A stretch of 64,000 bases of DNA, from the IMG/VR virus record IMGVR_UViG_3300046003_004989, positions 32,001 to 96,000 of that record; one strand, 5' to 3'. Shown here in pieces: positions 19,682 through 29,303 of this stretch (position 1 is its first letter; every line of letters starts with the position of its first letter). The notes beneath the pieces were generated by a model, which was given only the letters and a program-made list of their open reading frames with translations, did not search any database and was not told where the DNA came from. This DNA comes from a virus. A program made the translations under genes and the position numbers.

Positions 19682-20041
19682 TTAAATTGAGAAGTGTTTT
19701 GTTACAAAATGTGATGTATTCATTTCAGTTGTTGCTGATTCAACTAGTCTATGAGAACCTTCAAAAATCATTTTCAGATCGAAGTTCACTCTAATCATAT
19801 CAGGATTCTTGATGTCTGGTGCTGTTTGATAGCCTTTAACTTCAAATACTCCAAGAACTTTGTTTGCTTTAACAGGGAATATGTACTTCATATTTTCTGC
19901 TACTTCAGGTTTCATGACCCACCAACCTCTTGAAACTTTTAGAAGATCCGAAAGAGGATATTTTCCGTTTGCTGTTGGTACCGATATCGTTACATTTACG
20001 AACGATGCATTGTTTGTTGAATTTTCCATTGAATTTTCCAT
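19682..20041 (-). CDS. Early hypothetical protein (start revised from 20077)
   Basis: ATG downstream of the -7 promoter at 20066; SRGWW...VLGVFEV. Confidence 0.55.
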   Translation of the reverse strand: MENSMENSTNNASFVNVTISVPTANGKYPLSDLLKVSRGWWVMKPEVAENMKYIFPVKANKVLGVFEVKGYQTAPDIKNPDMIRVNFDLKMIFEGSHRLVESATTEMNTSHFVTKHFSI

Positions 20042-20065
20042 TTTAGAATTATTTAAGATTATATA

Positions 20066-20124
20066 CAAAGATAACAAAAAGTTCCCCTAAAAGGAAAGAT
20101 TTCGATCAAAAGTTATTAACATTT
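20066..20124 (-). promoter_or_regulatory. Host-type -7 promoter (TTATCTTTG) with TTATTAACA box at 46 bp
   Basis: caaagataa at 20066; gttattaac at 20112. Confidence 0.7.
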
Positions 20125-20981
20125 TACTCGGCTGATACAGCTCTTCCTACTTGTTTTGTCCAATCTAGATCTGTTCTTACTTCAGTATTTTTTGCAATAG
20201 TAGCAGTTAACATTGTAGTATCGACATTTAAAGATTTTGCTAAGAATTGTAAAGCTGCTATATCTTTAGGGAAGCAGTGTCCACCGAATCCAAAATCGCC
20301 ATCAGGGCCTGGAACTGACCAATGTGAATTACCTAAACGATCATCATAACGAGCATATTCAATTACCTTATCATAATCAATACCTAAGCCTTGACATAAT
20401 TGGAATATTTCATTTGCATAGGAAACTTTCATTGCTAAGAATGTATTTGTTACATATTTGATAGTTTCTGCAATAGTAGAAGATGTTTTGATGATAGGCA
20501 CTTTAGGGAATGCTTTTGCGAAAATAGCTTTTACTTTCGTAGAGCCAGGTCTTTCACCACCTACAATGATTCTATTTTGATTTTTGTAGTCTTCATTCGC
20601 ATTAGCTTCTGTTAAGAATTCTGGATTGAAAACGATATCTAGAGTTTGATATATTGAATTGAGTGTTTCTGTAGTTCTTGGTGGAATAGTTGATTTGATA
20701 ACTACGATATAACCGTCTTTATTAAGTGCTTTTACGCAATCAGCTATTTCGTTTAGTGCAGATGCAAGAATGCCTAAATCACATTCACCTGATTTTTTCA
20801 TTGGAGTCGGTACGCATAAGAATGTCATTTCTGTGTTTTCTACAACTTCAAAAATACTTCTTACCGTACTGTTTTTATTAGGGTCTTTGTCGAATGCAGC
20901 TATATTGTAATAGTTTTTCATTCCTTCTCGAACAGCTGATCCTACAAAGCCTTGTCCGATGATACCGATTGTCTCTTTCAT
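20124..20981 (-). CDS. ugd: UDP-glucose/GDP-mannose 6-dehydrogenase (short form)
   Basis: GQGFVG, CVPTP, KSTIPP, NPEFL, GFGGHCFPKD. Confidence 0.85.
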   Translation of the reverse strand: MKETIGIIGQGFVGSAVREGMKNYYNIAAFDKDPNKNSTVRSIFEVVENTEMTFLCVPTPMKKSGECDLGILASALNEIADCVKALNKDGYIVVIKSTIPPRTTETLNSIYQTLDIVFNPEFLTEANANEDYKNQNRIIVGGERPGSTKVKAIFAKAFPKVPIIKTSSTIAETIKYVTNTFLAMKVSYANEIFQLCQGLGIDYDKVIEYARYDDRLGNSHWSVPGPDGDFGFGGHCFPKDIAALQFLAKSLNVDTTMLTATIAKNTEVRTDLDWTKQVGRAVSAE

Positions 20982-20983
20982 TT

Positions 20984-21391
20984 TTATTTAGTTAGTTCTT
21001 CAATTAATTTAGTGATACGATTACGTCCTTTCTCTCCGATAGGAATTGGATTTCCTTCTTCGTCGATATGTACAAACTTTATATGCGTTTTAAGAACTAA
21101 AGTTTGCTTTCCAGTGTAAACGTTATGTGCTCTTGCTTCAAGATAGAGTGTGATGGATGAATTTCCTAATGCACTCGGTTGTCCGTATATTTTTAGTAAT
21201 TGACTCTCTTTTGCAGGTTTTTCAAATATACATTTGTCTATCGAAACAGTAACCATTCGTGGAGAATCACACAACTGCATGGAAAACCCTGCGGCTGCAG
21301 CGTCAATCCATGCTAGTAATTTCCCACCAAACAAATTGCCATGGAAACCAAGGTCAGATTTCTTAATGGGATGTGTGTTCAGTAATTCCAT
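20984..21391 (-). CDS. Hotdog-fold acyl-CoA thioesterase
   Basis: HGNLFGGKLLAWID...MVTVSID...FVHIDEEG. Confidence 0.85.
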   Translation of the reverse strand: MELLNTHPIKKSDLGFHGNLFGGKLLAWIDAAAAGFSMQLCDSPRMVTVSIDKCIFEKPAKESQLLKIYGQPSALGNSSITLYLEARAHNVYTGKQTLVLKTHIKFVHIDEEGNPIPIGEKGRNRITKLIEELTK

Positions 21392-22041
21392 TATTGTACG
21401 TCTTTACGATCTTCTTCAGTGAAAGAAAGAGCATCAGCTACTGCAGCAGATGAGATATTAACATCCATCTTAGCTGAACGATAGTTAGAAATTTTAGATG
21501 AGAAGTTCATGTACATTTTTGAATTAGAAGCATCATTTGCATTGAAAGTCATTGAATTTCCAGCATTGATACCCATAGCACCACCTGCTTTAATTGCATC
21601 TTGATTAGCTGCTAAGAATAAGAAATTCCATCCATCTTTCTTTTTGTCTTCAATCAATTTGAAAACTTTTGCTTGATCGTATTCTTTACTTGCATTTTCA
21701 TAACCATCGGTGATGATTACGAATACTACATCATTTTTAGTTTTTACATCTTTTATCGTTTGACCTACTGCATCGTAAAGAGCAGTTGTTGCACGAGGTA
21801 CAAATGTTTCACCTAAAATAAGGTCTTTTGCTTCATTGATTGGAAGCTCTTTATAATCAACTTGATATTGATTATCGAATTGCACTAAAGTGATATTTGC
21901 TTCACCTTCTGCAGCTTTCTGTTCTTTAACGAAAGTATTGAATCCGTCTACGGTAGACTGACCAATAGAATCCATAGAACCAGAACGGTCTAAAACAACG
22001 ATAATATCAGTTGCTTTAGGAGTTACTTTTTTCTTTGCCAT
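21391..22041 (-). CDS. von Willebrand factor A domain protein
   Basis: LDRSGSM MIDAS, TALYDA, ITDGYEN. Confidence 0.9.
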   Translation of the reverse strand: MAKKKVTPKATDIIVVLDRSGSMDSIGQSTVDGFNTFVKEQKAAEGEANITLVQFDNQYQVDYKELPINEAKDLILGETFVPRATTALYDAVGQTIKDVKTKNDVVFVIITDGYENASKEYDQAKVFKLIEDKKKDGWNFLFLAANQDAIKAGGAMGINAGNSMTFNANDASNSKMYMNFSSKISNYRSAKMDVNISSAAVADALSFTEEDRKDVQ

Positions 22042-23312
22042 TAGTTATTGAGTTTTGCTTTTATTGTGTCGTGATGTTTATAATCTACAAGACGGAAATA
22101 TGAGATATCCATATCTTTACTTGTTATCATATTCCTAACTGGTGTATCGAATACTAATTTAGGAAGTGGGAAAGGTTGTCTTGTGTGGACTTGAATTTTT
22201 GAAACGAATTTTTTCTCTTCAGCTCTTGCAGCAGCTGCTTCTTCATATTTCTTTTCTTTAACCAAAGAAATTTTTCTTTTACGGATTTCTGCTAATTCTG
22301 GATGAGCTTCATCTAACTCTTCTTCAGTGAAGAATCTTCCAATTTGTTCTGCTGCTTGTTCTAAATGATTCAAGTATAAATGAGTATCACCTAGATTACC
22401 AATTAATTGATCTGGCATCATACCAACTTCTCTTGCTAAGATTTCTAATAGAAGACCGTAAGATGCTATATTGAAGGGTAAACCGAGTAGTGTATCTACG
22501 GATCTTTGATTCCACATTAAAGAAAGAGCTTTCTTTGGAATACGAAGAGCATCACAATGCATTTCAGATATAGTTTGACCAATTTTCCAAAGTTGATTAC
22601 GATCTCCATAAGCAATTCTTTCTTGCATAGTTAAATCTCTCGTATAACATTGAAAACCGTAATGACAAGGAGGGAGAGTCATTTTATCAATTTCTCCTGG
22701 ATTCCAAGCATTAACCATTAATCTTCTACTATCAGGATTATTCTTCAAGTCATGAATCAGATCAGCAATTTGATCGATATGATTTTCATTAACCATTGGA
22801 CGTGAACCGTTCATCCACCAATCTCCATGAAACCAATCTCTCCACTGTTTACCGTAAATAGGTCCAAGATTACCGAATTGAGTATTGAAGTCATCATTTG
22901 CGAGGATCTCTTCTTCAAATTCCTTTTCTGTTAACATAACCATTGCATCAGCTTTAACAAATTCTGCAATTGCTTCTTGTCCGGTTGTTTGTGGATTTGC
23001 TACAGAATCTTTTAAACCATTGAACCATTTTTGATACTTCTTATAAGCATCTCCTGTCCAAATATGAATTCCATTTTGTAGAAGATAACGTAAGTTTGTG
23101 TCTCCGTTCAAGAACCAAATAAGTTCTCCTACAACTCCTTTAAAAAACAACTTTTTAGTTGTTAATGCAGGGAATCCTTCTTGCATATTATGTCGAATCG
23201 TATACCCGAAAATGGATTTCGTTCCAACACCTGTTCTGTCTTTCTTTTCAATACCATACTCTAAAATGATTTGTAGTAAGTCTTGGTATTGTACGTCGAT
23301 GTTTCTTTTCAT
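22041..23312 (-). CDS. thyA: Thymidylate synthase with insertions
   Basis: DRTGVGT, GPIYGKQWR, SRR, LPPCH, QRSVD..LGLPFN, GDTHLY. Confidence 0.95.
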   Translation of the reverse strand: MKRNIDVQYQDLLQIILEYGIEKKDRTGVGTKSIFGYTIRHNMQEGFPALTTKKLFFKGVVGELIWFLNGDTNLRYLLQNGIHIWTGDAYKKYQKWFNGLKDSVANPQTTGQEAIAEFVKADAMVMLTEKEFEEEILANDDFNTQFGNLGPIYGKQWRDWFHGDWWMNGSRPMVNENHIDQIADLIHDLKNNPDSRRLMVNAWNPGEIDKMTLPPCHYGFQCYTRDLTMQERIAYGDRNQLWKIGQTISEMHCDALRIPKKALSLMWNQRSVDTLLGLPFNIASYGLLLEILAREVGMMPDQLIGNLGDTHLYLNHLEQAAEQIGRFFTEEELDEAHPELAEIRKRKISLVKEKKYEEAAAARAEEKKFVSKIQVHTRQPFPLPKLVFDTPVRNMITSKDMDISYFRLVDYKHHDTIKAKLNN

Positions 23313-23594
23313 TTAATTAACTTTGTGTAAAGGTTCGCCTATAAATTTTTCTAGTACTTCAAGTTTCGGTTTAGCGTTTGAATGTTCTTTAGCAAAATTC
23401 CATTCTTTGTTATGAGAATCTAATATTGAAGTTCGTCCTTCTATAAATTCTCGCATTTCATCATCTAGCATAATTGCTACAATTTCTTTCCATTGATCAG
23501 TAATAATGAATAGGTTTTGTCTTTTGTGAGCTACAAGGACATCACCTTCAAAATTTAGCAAACCTAGCTTAGGAAACGGAATCATTTTTTTCAT
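23313..23594 (-). CDS. Hypothetical protein
   Basis: ORF track. Confidence 0.5.
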   Translation of the reverse strand: MKKMIPFPKLGLLNFEGDVLVAHKRQNLFIITDQWKEIVAIMLDDEMREFIEGRTSILDSHNKEWNFAKEHSNAKPKLEVLEKFIGEPLHKVN

Positions 23595-23814
23595 CTTCTA
23601 CGAATATTAGTTTAACGGTTTTCATTTCAGTTCCTTCAGGAAGGATAGTATTCTCGGGAAGAATACGAAACAGAATTTCCATATCTGCTTCGGGACTCAT
23701 TAATTGAGGCATCGATGAATGTCCCCAATGAACTTCATCAGATAGAGGAGAAAATTCGAAATGTACGAATTGACCGTGCTTAGCTTCCCATAATGTTTTG
23801 TAAGTGTTTTCCAT
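23569..23814 (-). CDS. Hypothetical protein
   Basis: ORF track. Confidence 0.5.
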   Translation of the reverse strand: MENTYKTLWEAKHGQFVHFEFSPLSDEVHWGHSSMPQLMSPEADMEILFRILPENTILPEGTEMKTVKLIFVEDEKNDSVS

Positions 23815-23815
23815 A

Positions 23816-24691
23816 TTAATTGTTATATGTAGATTTTAGAGATAGAATATAATTCGATAGAATATGTTCGGCTTTCCAGCCTAATTTTGCATACGTTTCT
23901 ACAGTATTACATAGAGTATGTTGTCCTTCATTTTTTCTGAGTGGTACAAATTTTATTTTTGTAGTATCATTTCCACAATAAAGCATAGCTACTTCTAATA
24001 TGGAAATAGGCATACCTCTACCTAAATCGAAGTTATCACCTTTTCTTTTTTCGTTACTAGCTGCAATAAGTCCTTTACAAATATCTTCAACATGAGTAAA
24101 GTCTCTACTTTGTTTTCCGTCACCTACAATCGTTATCGGTTCACCTTCTTCAAATTGTCTACCGAATTTAGCTACTACGGTTGCCCATTCACCAATACGA
24201 GGTTCTCTCGGTCCATACACATTATAAAATGTACACATTGATGCATTCAAATCAAAACACTCAACATAAGTTTTTAGAATTCCTTCACCTGCTACTTTTG
24301 AGAACGTATAAGGTGTTAGATAGGGTGTTCCGTGATTCTTAGAAGAAGTTGTTGCATACACAAGAGATGCGTTAGAAATTCTTGCGAGTTCACATACGGC
24401 TGCAGTTCCAAGAGTATTTGCGTCGAAGTATTCAAGAGGTTTTTCAAATGAAGGTTGGATTCTAGCCAATGCGGCTAAGTGAAATATTTTATCAAATTTT
24501 ATGTTTGCATAATGTACATTAACGTTTTGTACATCTCCGAGGATGTATTCTGCAAACTCATTCGAATATTTTAAAGAAGAAGATTCAGAAGATAGATTAT
24601 CGATCCCATAAACTTCATGTCCTTGTGCTACTAACATATCTACCAGATTGGATCCGACGAATCCCAAAGCACCTGTGACTAAAATTTTCAT
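23816..24691 (-). CDS. NAD-dependent sugar epimerase/dehydratase (start revised)
   Basis: MKILVTGALGFVGS, YTFSK, NVYGP, SRDFTHV. Confidence 0.9.
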   Translation of the reverse strand: MKILVTGALGFVGSNLVDMLVAQGHEVYGIDNLSSESSSLKYSNEFAEYILGDVQNVNVHYANIKFDKIFHLAALARIQPSFEKPLEYFDANTLGTAAVCELARISNASLVYATTSSKNHGTPYLTPYTFSKVAGEGILKTYVECFDLNASMCTFYNVYGPREPRIGEWATVVAKFGRQFEEGEPITIVGDGKQSRDFTHVEDICKGLIAASNEKRKGDNFDLGRGMPISILEVAMLYCGNDTTKIKFVPLRKNEGQHTLCNTVETYAKLGWKAEHILSNYILSLKSTYNN

Positions 24692-24735
24692 ATTATTTAG
24701 TTTATTATTGTTATATGAAGAAAGCACTCCAAAGT

Positions 24736-24764
24736 ACAAAAGACCGAATTTCTTCGGTCTTTGT
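24736..24764 (-). terminator. Rho-independent terminator
   Basis: aaagaccgaa-tttc-ttcggtcttt hairpin. Confidence 0.7.
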
Positions 24765-24785
24765 TGTTGAGTTAAGGCAACTCTG

Positions 24786-25076
24786 TTATTTTGAAAGGCT
24801 TTCTAGTTCTTTGTCTATTTGAGATTGACGATTAACATCTAGAATTTTACGATCAGTTGATTGTATCATTCTTTTCTCAGACTTAAGACCTTCAATTTGT
24901 AGGTCTTTCTTAGTGACAGTTGTAGATTGGAGCGTATCAACTTTTTCTGTAAGCTTATCAATTCGCTTATTGATACTTTTTGTGTCACTGCTGCAAGTTC
25001 GTAGGAATAGAATAACTAGCAAAGATAGAACTATTAGGTTGAAATACCTTCCAATAAATTCGTTAAATTTATTCAT
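24786..25076 (-). CDS. Putative lipoprotein/membrane-anchored coiled coil (spanin-like?)
   Basis: Hydrophobic N-terminus ending LFLRTC, then coiled coil. Confidence 0.45.
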   Translation of the reverse strand: MNKFNEFIGRYFNLIVLSLLVILFLRTCSSDTKSINKRIDKLTEKVDTLQSTTVTKKDLQIEGLKSEKRMIQSTDRKILDVNRQSQIDKELESLSK

Positions 25077-25311
25077 TTTCTTTCTTTTTAGGTTTTATGA
25101 TCTTGTTAGGTCTCGGTGTTTGCTGTGAGATTTTAGCATTATAATAATCATCGGTATAACATTCGCAAGGAAGTTTAGATTGTCCACATTTAGGACATGC
25201 TAGATTATCATCAGGGCTTGCATTCGGTTTAGGGACTTCAACCTCTTCGATATCCTTTTTGTTTGGTTTTTTACCTTCTACTAAAAACTCAATAAATTTC
25301 TTAAAAGCCAT
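25069..25311 (-). CDS. Small Cys-containing protein with leader variant
   Basis: MAFKKFIEFLVE; CPKC...CEC; GATAAATA upstream at 25333-25340. Confidence 0.55.
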   Translation of the reverse strand: MAFKKFIEFLVEGKKPNKKDIEEVEVPKPNASPDDNLACPKCGQSKLPCECYTDDYYNAKISQQTPRPNKIIKPKKKENE

Positions 25312-25340
25312 TTTGTATGTGTACTTTTAAGTTATTTATC

Positions 25341-25874
25341 TTAGCGTCCTTGATTCTGTAATTGAGCTTGAGCTTCCAATGACTTAACCAAATCTTCTAC
25401 TGGAATTCCTTGTTCAATTGAAACTAATTCCAACGAAAGATCTCTCAATTCTTGACGGTCTTCATTAACTTCTTTCACAGGTAAAGCGAATTGGTCACAA
25501 ATACCTTTGAATAATTTAGCAGATTCTTGTCCACGAGATACGTAATTTTTCAAGAAGTGGAAGATAGCTTCAGTGATTTCTACTTCAGTTTTACCTTTCA
25601 ATTCACCTTTATCGTTTCTAAGAACTGATAAACGATCAAATGTTTCAGAGATTGCGTAAGACTCATAACCTTTCCATTCTACGTTATTATAAAAAGTATC
25701 GAAGAAGAATGCTGTTTGTTCAGCAGTTAAGTAGATGTCATACTTCTTAGTTTCTAGTAGTTGACGGAAATTGTCAAACTTTTCTTGTGCTGCAGCTAGA
25801 GCTTTTTGATCTACTACTGGAGCTTGAGTTGGTTGAGTTGCTTCAGCAACTTCATCAGCTTTAATTACTTTCAT
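25341..25874 (-). CDS. Hypothetical helical protein (start revised)
   Basis: MKVIKADE start after CATATAA at 25897-25903. Confidence 0.55.
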   Translation of the reverse strand: MKVIKADEVAEATQPTQAPVVDQKALAAAQEKFDNFRQLLETKKYDIYLTAEQTAFFFDTFYNNVEWKGYESYAISETFDRLSVLRNDKGELKGKTEVEITEAIFHFLKNYVSRGQESAKLFKGICDQFALPVKEVNEDRQELRDLSLELVSIEQGIPVEDLVKSLEAQAQLQNQGR

Positions 25875-25921
25875 GTTTATTGATTTGTTTAGTTTATTAT
25901 ATGTTGATTTTGAATTTTTGT

Positions 25922-26653
25922 TTATGCTGGACCGTTCTGTGCAAATAAATTTTTCCATTTATCGTTAAAAACTTTCTCTTGTTCTACCGTAATTTTGCTC
26001 TGTTCCGCAGAAGTGAGAGAATTACCAGTCTTTCCTAACATATTTTCGTGATGATTAACTACGGATGCAGGAACTAAAAAGTGATTGATATTTTTAGTTT
26101 GTAACTCTAATGCATAATCGTTATCACAATACCAAAATGTGAATTTTTCATCAAGTTCTCCAATGATATCATAGATTTTTCTTTGTTGAAATATACACCA
26201 ACCAGCAATTTCACCTCTTACTCGATATCCTGCAAATAGAGAATTGCCATGTGGTTTATTATCACCTTGTGTTTGAGGACACCAAGGAGAAGCTGAAAGG
26301 AATTGAGGGTGAGCTTCCATCGCTAAAATGATGTTAGAAGCCCAAGAATTTTCAAAAGTTAGATCAGAATTACAAAGAACTACATAAGGTGAATTACCTG
26401 CACGTCTTCCTATATTTAGGAATTTATGATATCCGAAAGTTTGGTTTGGGTGTATCGTGGTAGTTGTATGTTTACGATATGTTTGATTGAATTGATCGTA
26501 ATTTACATCTGGATTTGTTTCTACTACATATGCATGAAAAGTTACATCACCGGAAGGTTCAGATCCAAAAAGAGAATCTAAGCCTTGATGAGTTACTTGA
26601 AGAAGCTCTTCATTTTTAGCCCATGAAATAATTACTATGTCTACGTGTTTCAT
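25922..26653 (-). CDS. GT2 glycosyltransferase (start revised)
   Basis: VDIVIIS, LNIG, LCNSDL, FWYCDND. Confidence 0.8.
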   Translation of the reverse strand: MKHVDIVIISWAKNEELLQVTHQGLDSLFGSEPSGDVTFHAYVVETNPDVNYDQFNQTYRKHTTTTIHPNQTFGYHKFLNIGRRAGNSPYVVLCNSDLTFENSWASNIILAMEAHPQFLSASPWCPQTQGDNKPHGNSLFAGYRVRGEIAGWCIFQQRKIYDIIGELDEKFTFWYCDNDYALELQTKNINHFLVPASVVNHHENMLGKTGNSLTSAEQSKITVEQEKVFNDKWKNLFAQNGPA

Positions 26654-27108
26654 TGATTTTTGTATTTTGTTATTATGTCCGAACATATAGCTATACATTC
26701 AGTTATGTTATCGTTATGTATTTCTGGCATTACTGCAATGCTATTTTTGATAGGTTGCTTTCCAGGATAAGCCCAAATATATTTATGTGAAGTTAGTGTT
26801 AATGTATCTTCTTCATGCCAAAAGAAATTATAGTCATATTCATGACTAGCAAAAAATTCAACAGCTTCAATATTTTTACAATGAATCCAAAGCTTATTAA
26901 TTCTATCAGAAAACCATCTAAAATCTACACCATACTGCGGTTTGTCATGTCCTAGAAAAAGCTGCCAACCGAATTGTTCAGTTTTAATGTACCAAACATC
27001 TACTTCTACATCGAACCCTTCTTTGATAGCTTGGTCTATGTAATTTGGTTCATTTTCATATGACTCAAATTTACCGTTAGTATTTCCTCTATGTGCAATA
27101 TACTTCAT
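26650..27108 (-). CDS. Glycerophosphodiester phosphodiesterase-like protein
   Basis: IAHRGN, EN, DVEVDV, LGHD, WIHCKN. Confidence 0.75.
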   Translation of the reverse strand: MKYIAHRGNTNGKFESYENEPNYIDQAIKEGFDVEVDVWYIKTEQFGWQLFLGHDKPQYGVDFRWFSDRINKLWIHCKNIEAVEFFASHEYDYNFFWHEEDTLTLTSHKYIWAYPGKQPIKNSIAVMPEIHNDNITECIAICSDIITKYKNQ

Positions 27109-27875
27109 TATGTGATGTATTTGATTAATTGTTCTTCAGTTATTCCGTAATTTTTTGCCATTTCTAAATTGAATACGCCTTTATCTTTAGGAATCCAGCC
27201 CAATCTTCTAACTAATTCTTGATCGTTTCCTGCAATAATATTATCTCCTTGAAAAGGAGTATTAGAATTTGCCATATGTCTGCTATAGACTTCATGTGGA
27301 TTCGGTTGATTGAACAAGCTAATCGAATCAAAAGTAGATTTTAATGTATGTAAATGTTTAGTGCTTAACACGAAATGAAAGTCTCCTCTATTACCTACAA
27401 AATTATTACAATACACTACATCTTGATTGTAATTAGAGAGAATCATATCTTTCCATAGCAAGACATCTGGACGATAGAAAATTAATCGATCATACTCATT
27501 AGCAAAAGGTTCAATTAATTCACAAGATTTTTTAATTGATAGAGCTTGTGAAACTTGACTAAATTTACTACTATCAGATAGGGAATCTGATAGTTTCTTG
27601 TTTATTGCGTCTTTGTATATATCGTTATCTTCGAAAGAATGAGCTATCGGTGAATATATTTCAATCAAATCTTCTTTTAGATCTGGATTCCAAGATTGAA
27701 TAAAAAAATCGAAATCGTATTCAGAGTTTGTTTCTATTATATGCTTTTGAATGCTCTCGAAGACACATTTAAAATTTATGTACTCATCATCTCTATAGAT
27801 ATCATTCGGATTCGAAAACCCTCCAGATATCTTGGACATTCCACCTCTTAATATTATAGCTACTTTTGATTTCAT
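27108..27875 (-). CDS. Putative glycan-related transferase
   Basis: KVAIIL.G, DFFIQSW, YDRLIFYRPD pattern; cluster context. Confidence 0.5.
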   Translation of the reverse strand: MKSKVAIILRGGMSKISGGFSNPNDIYRDDEYINFKCVFESIQKHIIETNSEYDFDFFIQSWNPDLKEDLIEIYSPIAHSFEDNDIYKDAINKKLSDSLSDSSKFSQVSQALSIKKSCELIEPFANEYDRLIFYRPDVLLWKDMILSNYNQDVVYCNNFVGNRGDFHFVLSTKHLHTLKSTFDSISLFNQPNPHEVYSRHMANSNTPFQGDNIIAGNDQELVRRLGWIPKDKGVFNLEMAKNYGITEEQLIKYIT

Positions 27876-27880
27876 TGCAT

Positions 27881-28561
27881 TTATTTCTTACATCTAACGT
27901 AAATCCAATTTGTATGATTAACGTCTGAATAAGGTTCGTGTATCTCGAAAGTGATATCTGTGAATCCGATTTTTATTAGATCGTCTACTAATTGCTGCGG
28001 ATCCGTAACTTTAGTATCATTTCCACCATTAGAAGTAGTTGCATCATATCCATTATCATAATAATCTCTATTATTACGATTTGAATCTTGTGTATCGTAT
28101 CCCATTTGAAAAGAGAATATTCCACCTTTCTTAAGGACTCTGAAAATTTCTTTCTTGATGTTATATCTAATCTCATGTACACATATATGTTGTAAAACTA
28201 TAGTAGACATTATGAAGTCATATTCGTTTGATTTCAAATCAGACAAATCTTCTCCATTATTTTTATAGAAGTTAGATTTCGTTAAGTTGAAATTTTTCTT
28301 ATTAGAATTGATGTTATCGACACTCACATCAACACCGTCAATTCTTGCAAAATCTGCTAAAGAAAACATATTAGTTATGTTTCTGCCTTTCCCACAGCCG
28401 AAGTCTAATGCTATTTTGTTTTCAAATAGTGATGGATTTTCTTTAATATCTTTTAGAAGCAAATCCCAATAAAGTGGATTTGAGTTATGTTCTGCGTGAT
28501 TAGTTGTACCTTTTAAATAAAACTCATTGAGCATTTGAAGATAATCGTTTACTGTTTTCAT
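27881..28561 (-). CDS. Class I SAM-dependent methyltransferase
   Basis: LDFGCGKGR, GVDVS, VLQHI, RVLKKGG. Confidence 0.9.
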   Translation of the reverse strand: MKTVNDYLQMLNEFYLKGTTNHAEHNSNPLYWDLLLKDIKENPSLFENKIALDFGCGKGRNITNMFSLADFARIDGVDVSVDNINSNKKNFNLTKSNFYKNNGEDLSDLKSNEYDFIMSTIVLQHICVHEIRYNIKKEIFRVLKKGGIFSFQMGYDTQDSNRNNRDYYDNGYDATTSNGGNDTKVTDPQQLVDDLIKIGFTDITFEIHEPYSDVNHTNWIYVRCKK

Positions 28562-29301
28562 TAAAATCGTAGTATTTTTATTTTGTCCATTCTTGGATTT
28601 TCTAGACCTTCCAATAGAGGTCTTTCATATCTTTCAAATTCTTCAGGATGAGATTCTCTTGTGATTCCCATAATTTCCCACTGTTTCATTTCCCATGCAT
28701 GTACCGATTCATCATTATGTTCATGTGTCATACCGTATGTGTAAGGTGAATAGTCAATGAAAGAGTATATGTTAAAATTTAGATCAGGATATGCAGCTTC
28801 AATAGCTTCACATAATTCCACAGGAACAGAATTATATCGCATTAAGATGAAGTTGATTTTATCGTAATTGCTAAGATAGTATCTAAAATTCTCTATTCGT
28901 TTATTGTATCTTTCAATGAATAATTCAAAATTGTTATCGACAAAATGATTGATTCCGTTTGGCCATCTTTCATTCAGATACAAATCTCCATGTCCAGGAG
29001 ATTCATGATTAAAAACGAATCCGTAATATGTGTTAACTATTTGAAATTCGGTTTTTGGTTGTGCATGCATTGCAAAATGCTCAGAACAAAAAGTACCTTC
29101 AACTAATTTCAAATGATTTGGATCTGTAAAGTATTTAAAGTCATCTTTAATACATTCAACTACTCCAAGGTAGTTGCTATTATGTAAGTCAAAAGGACCT
29201 GTTCGATAGCCTTCAGATCTTACTCCACGTAAACCTAAATTTACGCCTATCTGTGCTGATTCACAACGCCATCCAAGACTAATTGCTTCTGTCTGTGTCA
29301 T
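28561..29301 (-). CDS. DUF1796-like (putative papain-like) protein (start revised)
   Basis: ISLGWRC...GPFD...FNHE...RYNKRIENF. Confidence 0.6.
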   Translation of the reverse strand: MTQTEAISLGWRCESAQIGVNLGLRGVRSEGYRTGPFDLHNSNYLGVVECIKDDFKYFTDPNHLKLVEGTFCSEHFAMHAQPKTEFQIVNTYYGFVFNHESPGHGDLYLNERWPNGINHFVDNNFELFIERYNKRIENFRYYLSNYDKINFILMRYNSVPVELCEAIEAAYPDLNFNIYSFIDYSPYTYGMTHEHNDESVHAWEMKQWEIMGITRESHPEEFERYERPLLEGLENPRMDKIKILRF

Positions 29302-29303
29302 TT

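Noticed and set aside
24786-25076. MNKFNEFIG as another capsid-targeting leader
   Set aside because: It lacks the terminal xxE site and runs straight into a membrane anchor
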